The translations under genes and the position numbers were made by a program. Shown here piece after piece: positions 36,590 through 50,324 of a DNA stretch of 64,000 bases (position 1 is the first letter of the stretch; each line of letters opens with the position of its first letter). The stretch is from contig NC_042998.1 of assembly GCF_006345805.1 (NCBI RefSeq), positions 26,040,001-26,104,000 on the forward strand. The letters are read 5' to 3'. Source of the DNA: Octopus sinensis (taxonomy: Eukaryota). The notes beneath the pieces were generated by a model. The model was not told the DNA's origin, searched no databases, and saw only the letters and a program-made list of their open reading frames with translations.

Positions 36590-37200
36590 CTTTTATCTTT
36601 TATCTTTTATCGTTTGCTTGTTTCAGTTATTTAGAGAGCGGCCATACTGGAGCACTGCCTTGAAGAGTTTTTAGTGAAATGAATTTTTTTTTGTTTTTAT
36701 GAGCTTGGTAATGATTCTGTTGATCTCTTTAGCCGAACTGCTAAGTTACCAGAATGTAAACACACCAATACCGGTTGTCAAGCAGTAATAGAAGACAAAC
36801 ACAGACACAAACACACATACACACGTGTGTGCCTTTATATATATATAAGCATTTATTTAATGTTCTTCCTACAAGTAGGATGAAATTTTTTATGTTCGCC
36901 ACTCACAAACATCTTTGCCAGTGTATATATATATATATATATACAGTGAAGCTTTACTATAACATCATATATTATTGGCTGCTATTTCCAGTAAATACTG
37001 GTCCATTATTGTACCACTATTCTATATTTATATATACACACACACAATAGGCTTCTTTTAGTTTCTGCCTATCAAACTCCACTCATGCGCCTTTGATTGG
37101 CCCAAGGTTATAGTAGAAGAAATTTGCCCAAGGTTCCACACAGTCGGACTGAACCCAGAACCATGTGGTTGAGAAGCAAGCTTGTTACCATACAGCTACA
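36590..37200 (-). mobile_element. Diverged SINE family A with expanded middle
   Basis: Family A 3' part at 36610-36820 and 5' part at 37050-37200. Confidence 0.7.
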
Positions 37201-37409
37201 TGCATATGCTTATATGTTATGATGAAAAAATAATGAAACATACTTTAGATATGACAAAAACAAGGGGGGATTCTAATAGCATTACTTATTTGAGGTCAAG
37301 AAAGGTCATGGCCACAATACAACAATCACAAAAAAAAAAAAATTCTGTACACCTAATATAAAAATGGCTTTAAAATACTAGCACCAATGTAATTACAAGT
37401 AAACTTGCT

Positions 37410-37468
37410 GGTTACTACTACTACTACTACTACTACAACTACCGCTACTACTACTACAACAACTACCG

Positions 37469-37511
<43 letters not shown>

Positions 37512-37598
37512 AACTACCGCTACTACTACTACAACAACTACTACTACTACAACTACTACTACTACAAGTACTACTACTACTACTACTACTACTACTAT

Positions 37599-37634
<36 letters not shown>

Positions 37635-37645
37635 CACCACCATTG
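37410..37645. repeat. (ACT)n/(ACC)n microsatellite
   Basis: Direct inspection. Confidence 0.95.
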
Positions 37646-38475
37646 CCACCACATCCTCCTCTATACCACTTATAACACTCATTATGTGCACTGTCATCAA
37701 AATCAATCTCATCATTATTACTTTTCGTTTCTCAGTTTGATAGTCAGTTCATGGGATTTGGTGAAGCATTAATACAATTTTGTAAGAATTAGCATTCATT
37801 TTCAGGAACCATAAAAAAACTAAAGAAAGAAAATCGTACAAAATTCAGAAAAAAAAAATTAATAACAAGCCAGATTTCTCTGTCATTAGTTGATTAAAGA
37901 AGACTATTTCTACAGGGATCTTGAATTAATTAGATTTTTCTCTGTGTCTTCACCTATTAATGTTTGTAACTGTGCAATCTTTTCTTTCTTTTCTTATCCA
38001 TTCATTACCATAGTAAAAATTTAATTCATAGCTATAAAAATGTTGATAATCCATTTGATGCCAATTTTGCATCAATGCTCAAATCTGTATGTAGTTTTAT
38101 GAAGAAATTGAAAAAAAAAAAGATCTGAAATCTATTGAAGTAGTAAACCCATCACAATTGCAATTACTTTCTTCTATTACAAATCACAAGTCATATTTGG
38201 AATCGAAGAAAAATAATATGTTCAGAGAAAAAGCAGTTGACATTGTATGATTATAGAAAACTGAGATGCTTATAAAGAAATCAAGGAATCGTGGATATTT
38301 GACCTGCTAGAAACAGCAGTCAAATCCCCTTCAAATTAGTTTCTATGATTTTAAGGAAGAACCACAATGGATAATGTTGTCCTATATACACTACACCTTA
38401 AAAATAATGGAAGGCTATGGCTCAAATATTTTCGATTATGTATCTTCTTAATCAGGGCTGACCTGGAGCTATATA

Positions 38476-38713
38476 CCTATTTCTTTACTGCCCACCAAGG
38501 GGCTAAACACAGAGAGGACAAACAAGGACAGACAAATGGATTAAGTCGATTATATCGATCCCAGTGCGTAACTGGTACTTATTTAATTGACCCCGAAAGG
38601 ATGAAAGGCAAAGTCGACCTCAGCGGAATTTGAACTCAGAACATAGCGGTAAACGAAATACTCCTAAGCATTTCGCCTGACGTGTTAACGTTTCTGCCAG
38701 CTCGCCACCTTAT
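38476..38713 (-). mobile_element. SINE family B with TSD
   Basis: 14-bp TSD cctggagctatata (38462-38475, 38714-38727). Confidence 0.88.
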
Positions 38714-39083
38714 CCTGGAGCTATATAGCAACAGAGTAATTAAAATATGCTTATATTATAATATAAATCTGAAATGATGGTGCTTTATCATCAAAGAAAT
38801 TAGGTGAAAATAAGAAAAGTAAATTTGATGAAGATAACATATATATGTGGGTTACAACTTGATGATGATGGCAACAATGATAGCAAAGTAGAATGCCTCC
38901 AGTTTTTTCAGTTTACTGAAGCAGAAGGTTGTGGAATTTTTTTGTATCGAAGTGCGATAAGGTGAAAAAAAAATTCCTTTTCTATTTCATAGTAGGCAAC
39001 CAGGGTTGCTGGTTATATGAATAAGAATACAGGAGTTAAGGAATGGAGCAGATAGATCATATATAATATATATATATATATCA

Positions 39084-39911
39084 TCATCATCATCATCATC
39101 ATTTAGCGTCCGTTTTCCATGCTAGCAGGGTTGGACGGTTCAACTGGGTCTGGGGAGCCCGAAGGCTGCACCAGGCCAGTCAGATCTGGCAGTGTTTCTA
39201 CAGGGATGCCCTTCCTAACGCCAACCACTCCGAGAGTGTAGTGGGTGATTTTATGTGCCACCGACACAGGTGCCAGACGAGGCTGGCGAACGGCCACGCT
39301 CGGATGTGTTTTTATGTGCCACCGACACAGGTGCCAGACGAGGCTGCAGACGGCCACGCTCGGATGGTGTTTTTATGTGCCACCGACACAGGTGCCAGAT
39401 GAGGCTGGCAGTGCCAGACGAGGCTGGCAGACGGCCACGCTCGGATGGTGTTTATGTGCCACCGACACAGGTGCCAGATGAGGCTGGCGGACGGCCACGA
39501 TCGGATGGTGTTTGTTACGTCCCCAAAGCACGGAGGCCAGTCTATGCGGTACTGGCTACGGCCACGTTCGGATGATTTTCTTGTGTGCCACCGGCACTGG
39601 TACCACAAAGATACAAATCCATTTATGCTCATCTATTTTGATTTGTTTTGTTGATTTGATTTTCACTTGCCTCAACAGGTCTACACAAGTGTCACTTGCC
39701 TCAACAGGTCTTCACAAGTGTCACAAGAAGGAAGGTATGCACAGGTGGACTGTCTACGTCGCCGGGTCTTCGGATGGTGTCTTTATGTGCCACCGACACA
39801 GGTGCCAGATGTGGCTGGCGAACGGCCACGATCGGATGGTTTTCTTGTGTGCCACCGGTACTGGAACCACAAAGATACAAATTCCATTGATGTTCATCTA
39901 TTTTGATTTGG
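39084..39911 (-). mobile_element. 5'-truncated RTE 3'-UTR copy with internal ~59-bp tandem units, flanked by 84-bp inverted arms
   Basis: Near-identical to 55972-56820; (CAT)n tail at 39081-39102. Confidence 0.85.
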
Positions 39912-40006
39912 TTATATATGATCTTATCTGCTCCATTCCTTAACTCTTGTATTCTTATTCATATAACCAGCAACCCTGGTTGCCTACTATGAAATATATA
40001 CAACTT

Positions 40007-40330
40007 AGTGAAGGCACATGGCTCAGTGGTTAGAGCGTTGAGCTTACGATCGTGAGGTTGTGAGCTCGAATCCCGGACCGGGCTGCATGTTGTGTTCTTG
40101 AGCAAGGCACTTTATTTCACGTTGCTCCAGTTCACTCAGCTGTAGAAATGAGTTGCGACGTCACTGGTGCCAAGCTGTATCGACCTTTGTCTTTCCCTTG
40201 GATAACACTGGTGGCGTGGAGAGGGGAGGCTGGTATGCATGGGCGACTGCTGGTCTTCCATAAACAACTTTGCCCGGACTTGTGTCTAGGAGGGTAACTT
40301 TCTAGGTGCAATCCCATGGTCATTCATGAC
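40007..40330 (+). mobile_element. tRNA-derived SINE (family C-related)
   Basis: A box tggctcagtggtt, B box gctcgaatcc; imperfect 12-bp TSD atatacaactta/atataccactta. Confidence 0.82.
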
Positions 40331-40623
40331 CGAAGGTGGGGTCTTTACCATATACCACTTATAAGTAAGGGCTAAAAAAATTATTTCAATGCCAATATGC
40401 TGATAACAGACTATTAAATCGTCAATTTCCACAAATAATTTACTCGCTACAGAAAAAACCGAAGAACTGAAATCGAGCAAGCCAGCCGATAGAATTTTTT
40501 TTTAAATTTGTTATTTCAATATTGAATCAATTTCGTAATTAATCCCATAAAAGATTCATTCCTCTTCAGTAGAACTTACGAAAGGATATAAATAAGATAC
40601 TTAAACTTCATCCTATATTAGTA

Positions 40624-40669
<46 letters not shown>

Positions 40670-41261
40670 ACAAGCATTGGTTGTAGAACAAACATTAAAT
40701 TTGGGTCAATGACTTTACATACAACACCACCACTCAAACATTTAATCATATATAAAAATCACCATGGTTTTCAAACATATAAAAATAATACATATACATA
40801 AAATCACAGAAGGTAAAAATATAAATTTCAAATAAAATACAAATAGAATGGCCTATCAAAAAGTTAAATACAAACGACTAAAATTTTTATATTACTTTGT
40901 CTCGTTTATATTTGAGCACTTTTTTTTTGCAGTCCTAAAAACCTTTTTGTTTCTATATAAAATGAGACAAATATTATTTCTTGTTGTATATATATATATA
41001 TAATATATATAAGATGGATTTTTCCATCAGTTTCAATATATGAATATCCAGTTTTTCAGTCAACTGAACTAGTAAGTAAAGTGGACTTCTCATCCATTCA
41101 GCTAAGCCAGAAACCGTGTGCCAACATGAAAATCAGACTTGAAATTAAATACATGCACATCACACACAAATACACACAAGCGCATGCCCATGTGCATGCA
41201 CGCATGCACACACACACATATGCCCATAAAAAGATACAAAAACATGAATATATATTCTTTT

Positions 41262-41657
41262 ACTCTTTTATTTGTTTCAGTCATTTGACTGTGGCCACAC
41301 TAGAGCACCACCTTTAGTTGAGCAAATTGACCCCAGGACTTATTCTTTGTAAGCCTAGTACTTATTCTATCAGTCTCTCTTGCTGAACTGCTAAGTTACA
41401 GGGATGTAAACACACCAGCATTGGTTGTCAAGTGATGTTGGTGGTACAAACACAGACACACAAACATATATACACACACACACACATATATGCATACATA
41501 TATACAACGGGCTTCTTTTCAGTTTCCGTCTACCAAATCCATCACAAGGCTTTGGTCAGCCTGAGGCTATAGTAGAAGACACTTACACAAGGTGCCATGC
41601 AGTGGGACTGAACCCAGAACCATGTGGTTGGTAAGCAAGCTACTTACCACACAGCCA
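41262..41657 (-). mobile_element. Full-length SINE family A
   Basis: Matches the 16533-16963 copy. Confidence 0.9.
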
Positions 41658-42404
41658 ACCCTGTGCCTAACATCAGTGGACCTGGCGCCAGTAGTTTTTA
41701 TGTGGCACCATCACCGATGCTTTTTATGTGGCACTAGTATTGACAAGGCCATCAAGTACCTTGCAGGACACAAATCCTTCAACTGGGAATGGGAAGTAAT
41801 AGTAAAGGATGTGGCTTTGTGACAGTGGAGAGATTTAAGGTATAGAGGGAAAAAATACAGGTGATATAGATGTCTTGCTAATCAACAAATCCACAGACAA
41901 GTCTGTAGAAAAGTTCTGTGAGTTGATTTACCATGAAGATCAGCTGGACTAGTTTCAATCCCATGATGGGGTTTTATCAGGTACTTTATCAAGTACCTTT
42001 CATAATTGTCTACAGAATCATTGCTTGTAACCCATTGCTTGTAACCCATTGCTTGAACTGAATAAACTAATTTACACATATGAGGTGAGTTTTGTAAACT
42101 TCGTTAATTAATAAATCACTGGCTTGCAATCAAGACAACAACAATTCCTTCTTTATCTTCTCGACTTTCAAACAACGTTTGATTCTTTATTCCTAACATC
42201 AAATCAATTTAATAAGCTCTTTCATGATCTTTCTTATTAGCTTTAAATATTTATCCAAAACAAGTTTTCACAATTTTCTTAATACAAGACATAAGTGAAA
42301 GCTGTTTATTTTAAACTGAAAATGAAAGTAAGTGTTGCTGATATCAACAGCAAGGATGTAAAACACAAGGATAAAAAACAAACATTGAATTCTTAACTGT
42401 TTCC

Positions 42405-42815
42405 AGGAGTGGCTATGTGGTAAGTAGCTTGCTTATGAACCACATAGTTACAGGTTCAGTCCCACTGCATGACACCTTGGGCAAGTGTCTTCTACTATAG
42501 CCTCGGGCTGACCAAAGCCTTGTGAGTGGATTTGGTAGTTGGAAACTGAAAGAAGCCCGTCGTATATATGTATATATATGTGTATGTGTGTGTATGTGTT
42601 TGTGTATCTGTGTTTGTCCCTCCCCTCCAACATCGCTTGACAACCGATGCTGGTGTGTTTACGTCCCCGTAACTTAGCAGTTCGGCAAAAGAGACCGATA
42701 GAATAAGTACTAGGCTTACAAAGAATTAGTCCTGGATCGATTTGCTCATCTAAAGGTGGTGCTCCAGCATGGCCACAGTTACATGACTGAAACAAGTAAA
42801 AGAGTAAAAGAGTAG
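42405..42815 (+). mobile_element. Full-length SINE family A
   Basis: ggagtggctatgtggtaagtagc ... gaaacaagtaaaagagtaaaagag. Confidence 0.9.
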
Positions 42816-43484
42816 AGAATTTTGGAAACATTCCAGAATAATATTAAGCGAACATGAAATAACAAACTTCCTGACCTTATTACTGAATAAAATCAACAAC
42901 CTAAATGTCACAGTTTCCAGAACCAAATGATATTTCACTGCATATTCTGAAGGAGGCTGTTCAACTAAATATTTTTCATATGCTTGAAAATATAAACTGA
43001 TAATCCCCCAGGAAATATGCAAGCCAAGAAATTGTATCTTAATTAGATAACATGCATTGCAATGCAAAAGTACATGCATCGTTGGTAAGCTGAGATTATG
43101 AAATATTTGTTTGATAATGAGATTAAAGAAATCACCAGTTTCATTCAGTATTGAGCATTCATGTACATGAAAGCTTTCAGCCAAACTAACATTGTAGATT
43201 AAATATCCAGATAAGCACTTTTTATTCGATACCATTTACTTGAAATGCTAAAAGAAATGCCAAAATCTTTTAATTGGTCCTATTCAGAAGTCTCTTATGG
43301 AAGGCCCAAATTTATGGAAACAAAGAAAACATTATTAAAGATAATTGAGAATGTATTTCTTGATTGAGCATTTTTAATGGTTTTTCTCTTATTCTGGTTT
43401 TCTTCTTCTCATGCTATATTTCAAGGTTCGTTTCCTTTGGTTATAGTCAAGGGTTCAAGTACTCTACATACTGCTAGCGGCTAG

Positions 43485-43705
43485 CTAGCAGAAATGTTAG
43501 CATGCCGGGCGAAATGCGTAGCCGTATTTCGCCTGTCGTTACGTTCCGAGTTCAAATTCCGCCGAAGTCGACTTTGCCTTTCATCCTTTTGGGGTCGATA
43601 AATTAAGTACCAGTTACGCACTGGGGTCGATATAATAGACTTAATCCCTTTGTCTGTCCTTGTCTGTCCCCTCTGTGTTTAGCCCCTTGTGGGTAGTAAA
43701 GAAAT
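43485..43705 (+). mobile_element. SINE family B
   Basis: gctagcagaaatgttagcatgccgggcgaaatg ... gagttcaaattccgcc ... gtaaagaaata. Confidence 0.88.
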
Positions 43706-43736
43706 ATACATATTGCAAATTCTAAAGAATTTTACC

Positions 43737-44157
43737 TCAGGCACAGGTGTGGCTGTGTGGTAAGAAGTTCGCTTCTCAATCACATGGTTCCAAGTTCAGT
43801 CTCATTGTATGACACCTTGAGCAACTGTCTTCTATTATAAACTCAAGCCAACTAAAGCCTTGTGAGTGGATTTGGAAGACGGTAACTGAAAGAAGCTAGT
43901 CAAGTATGTGTATGCATGTGTGTGTGTGTATTTGTGTCTGTGTTTGTGCCCAACCCCACCTCCACTTGACAACCGGTGTTGGTGTGTTTACATCCCCATA
44001 CATTAGCAGTATGGTAAAAAAAAGGCTGACAGAATAAGTAAATAAGTACCAGACTTTAAAAAAAGAGTACTGGAATCGATTCATATGACTCAGATACTTC
44101 AAGGCAATGCACCAGCATGGCCACAGTTCGATGATTGAAGCAAGTTACAGATAAAAG
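43737..44157 (+). mobile_element. Diverged SINE family A
   Basis: Same head and tail motifs with more substitutions. Confidence 0.8.
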
Positions 44158-44535
44158 ATGGTTCCAAAATTACAGAGGCAATTAAAAGGACAATTTCAAT
44201 CAAAAATTTTTTCTTATAGCTAAATGACGTGTCAAAAACACGATCTTAGGGAAAATGGCTATCATAACAAAATTCTCTGACCACAAAGAAATCCAAATAC
44301 TTAAGATGAATAATATCTCCAATTTTGGTGCATTAAAGTTGTTGACTTTAGGTAAAGGAATCCAATTGAATTTCACAGGCCATTTTAAAAAGTTGAAAGA
44401 TTCATCAAATGAGATTTGCAAACAAAAATGAGTCCCGACATCAAAAGATTCCTCTATCAGCAAGAGCTGTGAAGCATCTACAAAGCTGTTCCTTCAAAGT
44501 CTTTGTTTTCAGAAAAATTCTTTGTGGTTAGCTCT

Positions 44536-44571
<36 letters not shown>

Positions 44572-44888
44572 TTACACACTCACACACAGGAAGAGAGACT
44601 GAGTAATAAAGTCTGATATAAGGAAAAAAAAAAAAGAAAAGAAGTACAAGCTACAAATGCAACCTTATTCTTAACTTCAGACTTGCAGATTCCTCGAAAA
44701 CATTTTAGCAAATGTTACAGAAGAAGTTTTTGAATACTTTCAAACAAAAGCTTGATACTAGACTAGAAACATTTCCAATATGGATTTCTGCTTCAACTCA
44801 GTAAAATAAATTGTGTTTAACAGAGCCAGTAGCAGAAATGATTACAACTTGCTTACAAGCTGATAACTAAACATAAAAACCAACATAT

Positions 44889-44919
<31 letters not shown>

Positions 44920-45485
44920 CATCATTATTATTATTATTATTATTTTATTATTATTATTATTATTATTATATTATTATTATTATCATTTATGATTTTAGAA
45001 ATACATCAATACTTTCATTTCTTATATCTCAAAGTATATCTGTTAGAAGATAAAGGATTCAAATATTCAAAATGCTTTTAACAATATTGACAAACTATTC
45101 TTGATATTTTCTAGAGCATGCTTTTATTGATCCTTATGGGTAACTTTCCAATGTTTTTAAAGAATTCTCTATCATTTGTTGTAACAATTACAACATATTT
45201 CTGCTAAGTTCTATTATTTCTAATTAAATTGCTGAGACAGTGTAAACTCCTTAACTTTGCAGTTTGGTACTACACGAGATAAAACTTATTCAGCATTCTA
45301 ATGCTGATTAACGAAAGAGTGTTATGGATTTTGTTGTGGAAAATAGAATTTTATTTGTTAAATGCTTCTTAATAAACAGTTCCATGTAACTCTTGTTCTT
45401 AAGTAAAGGTCAAGCTTCACATGAATATCACATCACAGAATCTTTTCTGTAAGAGTCAAAACAGATTACACAACTGTACACACGT

Positions 45486-45531
<46 letters not shown>

Positions 45532-45799
45532 ATATGCTCACTCACACACACATATATATCTGAAGAAAGTCTTCCTATAATTTAAGATAACTAATTATAT
45601 AAAAAAGTTTTTAATCAGAATGATACAAAGAAGTGTTTGTATGTGCAAGTGCTTTCGCTGTTTATAGCTTTTCAAACACACATGTTATGGGGTAATCTAT
45701 ATAGAAGAAGTTGCTTTTAATAACAATGTTGATTATTTCTGGTTTAGTTTCATATTTAGAATTCTTAAAAGGTATTCTTCTTTTGCCTTTTGGAGTTCA

Positions 45800-45812
45800 T
45801 CATCATCATTAA

Positions 45813-45869
<57 letters not shown>

Positions 45870-46040
45870 TAACATCCATTTTCCATGCTGGCATGCATTT
45901 GATGGTTTCTCAAGGGCTGACCAGCTAGAGCTGCACCAGGCTCCATTTGCCTGTTTTGGCATGGTTTCTACAGCTGGGAACCCTTCCCAACACCAACCAC
46001 TTTACAGAATGTATTGAGTGCTTTATACATGGCACCAGAA
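45800..46040 (-). mobile_element. RTE 3' tail fragment with (CAT)n
   Basis: 'atccattttccatgctggcatg...gtttctacagctgg' homologous to the other RTE tails. Confidence 0.7.
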
Positions 46041-46049
46041 CAAAATATT

Positions 46050-46750
46050 TTGTATTCTCCATTTGCATAAATATCAAGTTATTTGCTACTTTCTCACTCA
46101 TATTGTTTCTTCTCCTGATGGGAATTTCACCTTTGCTTATAGTCTTTCAAGATATGATGATTATCTTCAGCTGTTGATAAATTATGATTCTTTAATTAAT
46201 TTTCTTAGGTTTGATGAATGGCATAACATTGGAAGGTATCATTTGACTGAATGTAAGATGCTATGGTCTCTAGGATTATGGGTGACCATTAATGGAATAT
46301 TTAAGATTTTGTTTGTATCTTTGCCCTCATTGAGTCCACGATGTAGTGACAGTCATTAGCTGTTTCCAAGCACATTTTGAAGGGATATTTTTGGACATTC
46401 AGATCGAATATGGTGTAATGTATTGAAAATCTTGTGACAAAGCTTACAATTTCCATTTATCCTACTATAATTATATAGGTTTCTTATAATGTGCCTTGTG
46501 ATGATAATCTCTTTCTGTATGGCAAATTTTGTTGCTCCAAATTTCTCATTTAGACTTGAGATAATTTTTAATTATGTTTAGTGTATTCCGCTTAGAAAAT
46601 GATTAGTTACTTGTGTATGCTTGTTCACGATGGTAATCAAATTTGCCAATAGTATCTCTCTGTTTTGCTCCTGTTTCAGATTAAAATTTTAGCAGTGAGA
46701 ATTTTATCTCTCTTTCTGTGAGAATCTTTGTTGCTGCCATAATAATTTAT
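46050..46750 (-). mobile_element. Old degraded R4/RLE-type LINE relic
   Basis: Minus-strand translation FAIQKEIIITRHI...NCKLCHKIFNTLHHIRSECPK, a CCHC knuckle like the one at 19.0 kb, with many stops. Confidence 0.55.
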
Positions 46751-46984
46751 TAACTATTTTTTTACCATTACACTCCACAAATACTAGGCACCAAATGGTT
46801 ACCATTGCCAGGTTAACTTTGATTGAGCAGGTTTTTGATCAAAGAGATCCTAGTTTTGACTATCCAACCTTTTTTTATTCCCATACATACGATACATTAT
46901 CCTATATGTATTCTCTGAATTTTAAACAAGGTTCCATATTGTGAACCTGATGGGAGAGCACTGGATATTCACCAAAGATAGCAA

Positions 46985-47378
46985 ATCTCTCTATACATAA
47001 AGCTGAAGTTGTCTGTCTTTGGTAGGTTTGGTAGCCTTCAACTAACACTATCTCCTCCGAGACCCAGCGGTGCAAGTTGACCAAAATTGAGAGTATAATA
47101 GAAGAAGGCTTGCTCTTCCTTCCATACAAAGAAAAAATTAAAATCGGACCATCTTGACACCAAAAATTATTTACATCAAGAAGGTGCTTTTTCCTATGAA
47201 AATTCTTATTTTTTACAATTTTTTGATTGATGTGTCACCATTTTTCGGTGTATTTCAAGCAGAAAAATATTCACTTAAAGAGAATAACAAGCTACATAAT
47301 GCAAAATTTTTACTTTTCAAAAATTCCAATTCTAAAGGGTCGAAACAAACCCGAGCAATGCCAGGTGATACTGCTAGT
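46985..47378 (-). mobile_element. Non-autonomous Helitron-like element
   Basis: Reverse-complement homolog of 3359-3750 (ends ...gatactgctagt). Confidence 0.65.
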
Positions 47379-47932
47379 TTCCTTTATAAATAATCTGGTT
47401 ATGATTTCTGTTCAAATTTAAATAGTTCACACTTAGAAACAAAGATTAAGTGATATTGAAGTTGAATATAAAGATAAATACACAGTGGTTATATATATAT
47501 TGCTTAAAATTTGTATGCTTATACTAATGCCAGAGTAGCAGAAACAACTATCAAACAATATATATTTCCTGCACAACACAGCATGAGTCAGAGAGGCTGA
47601 AATAAATTTGGCTATTAGAAATCCTGGTCATAGGAGAAATATTTAAAACATAAACACATTCTTCCTATGCTTTTGCCGCACAGAAAAAGAATAGTAGGGG
47701 GTGCGACTGTACAAAAAAATTGTTAAATTGTTTTGTGCATTGTAGAAGTATAAACAATTTATTGCACCAACAAAGTCTTACATGGACCCCTAAGGTTCAT
47801 ACAGACCCCAAGGGTCATGTGGACACTGGATTATAAGGTTATCTATTAATTTTGTATACACTATAAGTTTATAAGTTCAATTCTAGTTTGAACAACATGT
47901 TTTTATGGCATCCAATAAAACACAAAAACTGA

Positions 47933-48215
47933 TTCTGTTGTGTCTGAGGAGAGTCATTTTCTTTTTGTGCCTTATAACTTAACACACTCACCGGTAAAAT
48001 TTCCACTTATTTTAATTTTTATTTTCATTTTCCTAAAATTTTCGTTGCATCTTGCAACCTTTTCAATAATCTTGACTATTTTACCGGTGAGTGTGTTACA
48101 TAATAAGGCACAAAAAGATAAAATGACTTTCCCCAGACACAACAGAATATGCTTCAACACACGAACTCATATGAAGAATCTTGCTAACCAAATCCAAAAA
48201 CGAAGCAAAAACTGA
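47933..48215 (+). mobile_element. Fold-back/MITE-like element with about 68-bp inverted arms
   Basis: Arms 47933-48000 and 48078-48147; second copy in opposite orientation at 61060-61400. Confidence 0.8.
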
Positions 48216-48974
48216 TGTTTTACAGAAAAGTGTAAAAGTAAGATTAACAATTCCAAACATTTTTCTTCTGTCAATTCAAATAATTGCTAAATATTAGCAC
48301 ATATATTTTGTTGGAAACAGGGCTAAATAACAAGTGATAATCCTTCCTTCTAATGCGGTACCACTGCAAAGAAACCACAAATTATTATTCCTCCTTTAAT
48401 GATAATGATATTTTTACATGTTTACAAAACCAGAAATTTAAACAGAAAGTTGATAATCAATTGAATAATTTTCCTGTATATCACTACAGAAGATAAAATG
48501 GTAAAACTAATTCCAGCAGAATTACAAGTCACAACATAAAGGGACTTAACTAGATCCAACAATACATTCTCCCGCCCACCCCCAACCTTCATTCTTCTCT
48601 GATCATGTCACTTCGTTATCCTAGATTTTTCTTTTAATAACAGAGAGTGACAACACCAAATTATGAGAAACTGAATCAAAAGAGAAAGGAAAACACGGTA
48701 TTTCCTGAAAATGGAGAATTATAATGACAGGGTAAATAAGAAGGACAATTTTATATGATGTAAGAGTTTAGCCAACATTTCAAGTAAAAATAAATCACTG
48801 AGAATGCTTTAAATGAATTCAAAGAATCTTTAGATAGAAATAGTTCCAAAGCAAATAGCTACAGAAAATGAATACATTATTTCCTTCTGATTGGGGATAC
48901 ATTTTGCTCCCTGCTATGACTAACAGACATCTAAAATGTTTTACGATGACATAAGGTTCATAGAGATGTCTTTC

Positions 48975-49985
48975 AGCTTTTACTTTTTACTTGTGTTCAG
49001 TCATTTGACTGTGGCCATGCTGGGGCACTGCCTTGAAGAATTTTAGTCAAACAAATCAACCTCAGTACTTAGGTATTCTTTTTTTTTTCAAGCCTCATCA
49101 GCCTCTTTTGCCAAAATGCTAAGTAACAGACATGAACACACATACCATCAATGGCTGTCAGGTGGAGGTGGACAAACACACACGCAAACACATAGGATGG
49201 TCTTCTTTCAGTTTCCATCTAACAAATCCACTCACAAGGCTTTGGTTGGCCAGAAGCTATAGTAGAAGACACCTGCCCAAGGTGTCATACAGTGGGACTG
49301 AACCTGGCACCATGTGGATGGAAAGCAAACTTATCACAAAGCCACACCTGTGATATACTCTTTTATTTGTTTCATTAGACTGTGACCATGCTGGAGTACT
49401 GCCTTTAGTTATATATCTAAGTTATATACTCTTTACTTGTTTCAGTCATTTGACTGCGACCATGCTGGAGCACCGCCTTTAGTCGAGCAAATCGACCCTG
49501 GGACTTATTCTTTGTAAGCCCAGTACTTATTCTATCAGTCTCTTTTGCCGAACCGCTAAGTTATGGGGACATAAACACACCACCATCGGTTGTCAAGCAA
49601 TGCTAGGGGGACAAACACACACACACAAACATACACACAAATACATATATATATATACATATATACGACAGGCTTCTTTCAGTTTCCGTCTACCAGATCC
49701 ACTCACAAGGCATTGGTCGGCCCGGGGCTATAGCAGAAGACACTTGCCCAAGATGCCACACAGTGGGACTGAACCCAGAACCATGTAGTTGGTTAGCAAG
49801 CTACTTACCACACAGCCACTCCTGCGCCTATATATCTGAGTTTAATTTATTTTGTGTTAAATTTTTGAATAAATCTTTACTTAGATGCTATAGTAGAAGA
49901 CACCTGCCCAAGGTGCCACACTGTGGAGCTGAACCCAGAACCATGTTGTTGGTAAACAAATTGCTTACCACACAGCCACACTTCA
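48975..49985 (-). mobile_element. Cluster of SINE family A copies (48975-49350, 49425-49830, partial 49885-49985)
   Basis: Repeated family A motifs. Confidence 0.85.
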
Positions 49986-50324
49986 GAAGTTTTTTTCTAG
50001 AGACTGAAAATCTGAGAACCAATGTTTTTCTGAAGCCTTTTATTATTTTTAGATTTTTGATATACTGCCTGCTACATATTTACTTTGAAATATGCTTATC
50101 TTTCACTAACGATATTATATTGCTTCTAGTGACGACATGTTCAATAGAACAAAAGACCAATATACCTGACCTAATCAATTTACTAAATTACTGATTGATT
50201 AATCCATATAAATATATGTATTAATGCCCTCCTGACAACATAAAATTATTGGTTGAAGATTGCTTGATAATTAGTAGTGAATAAATAAGCAAATATTTTA
50301 GAATAACAAGGGTGAAAGCTTAGC

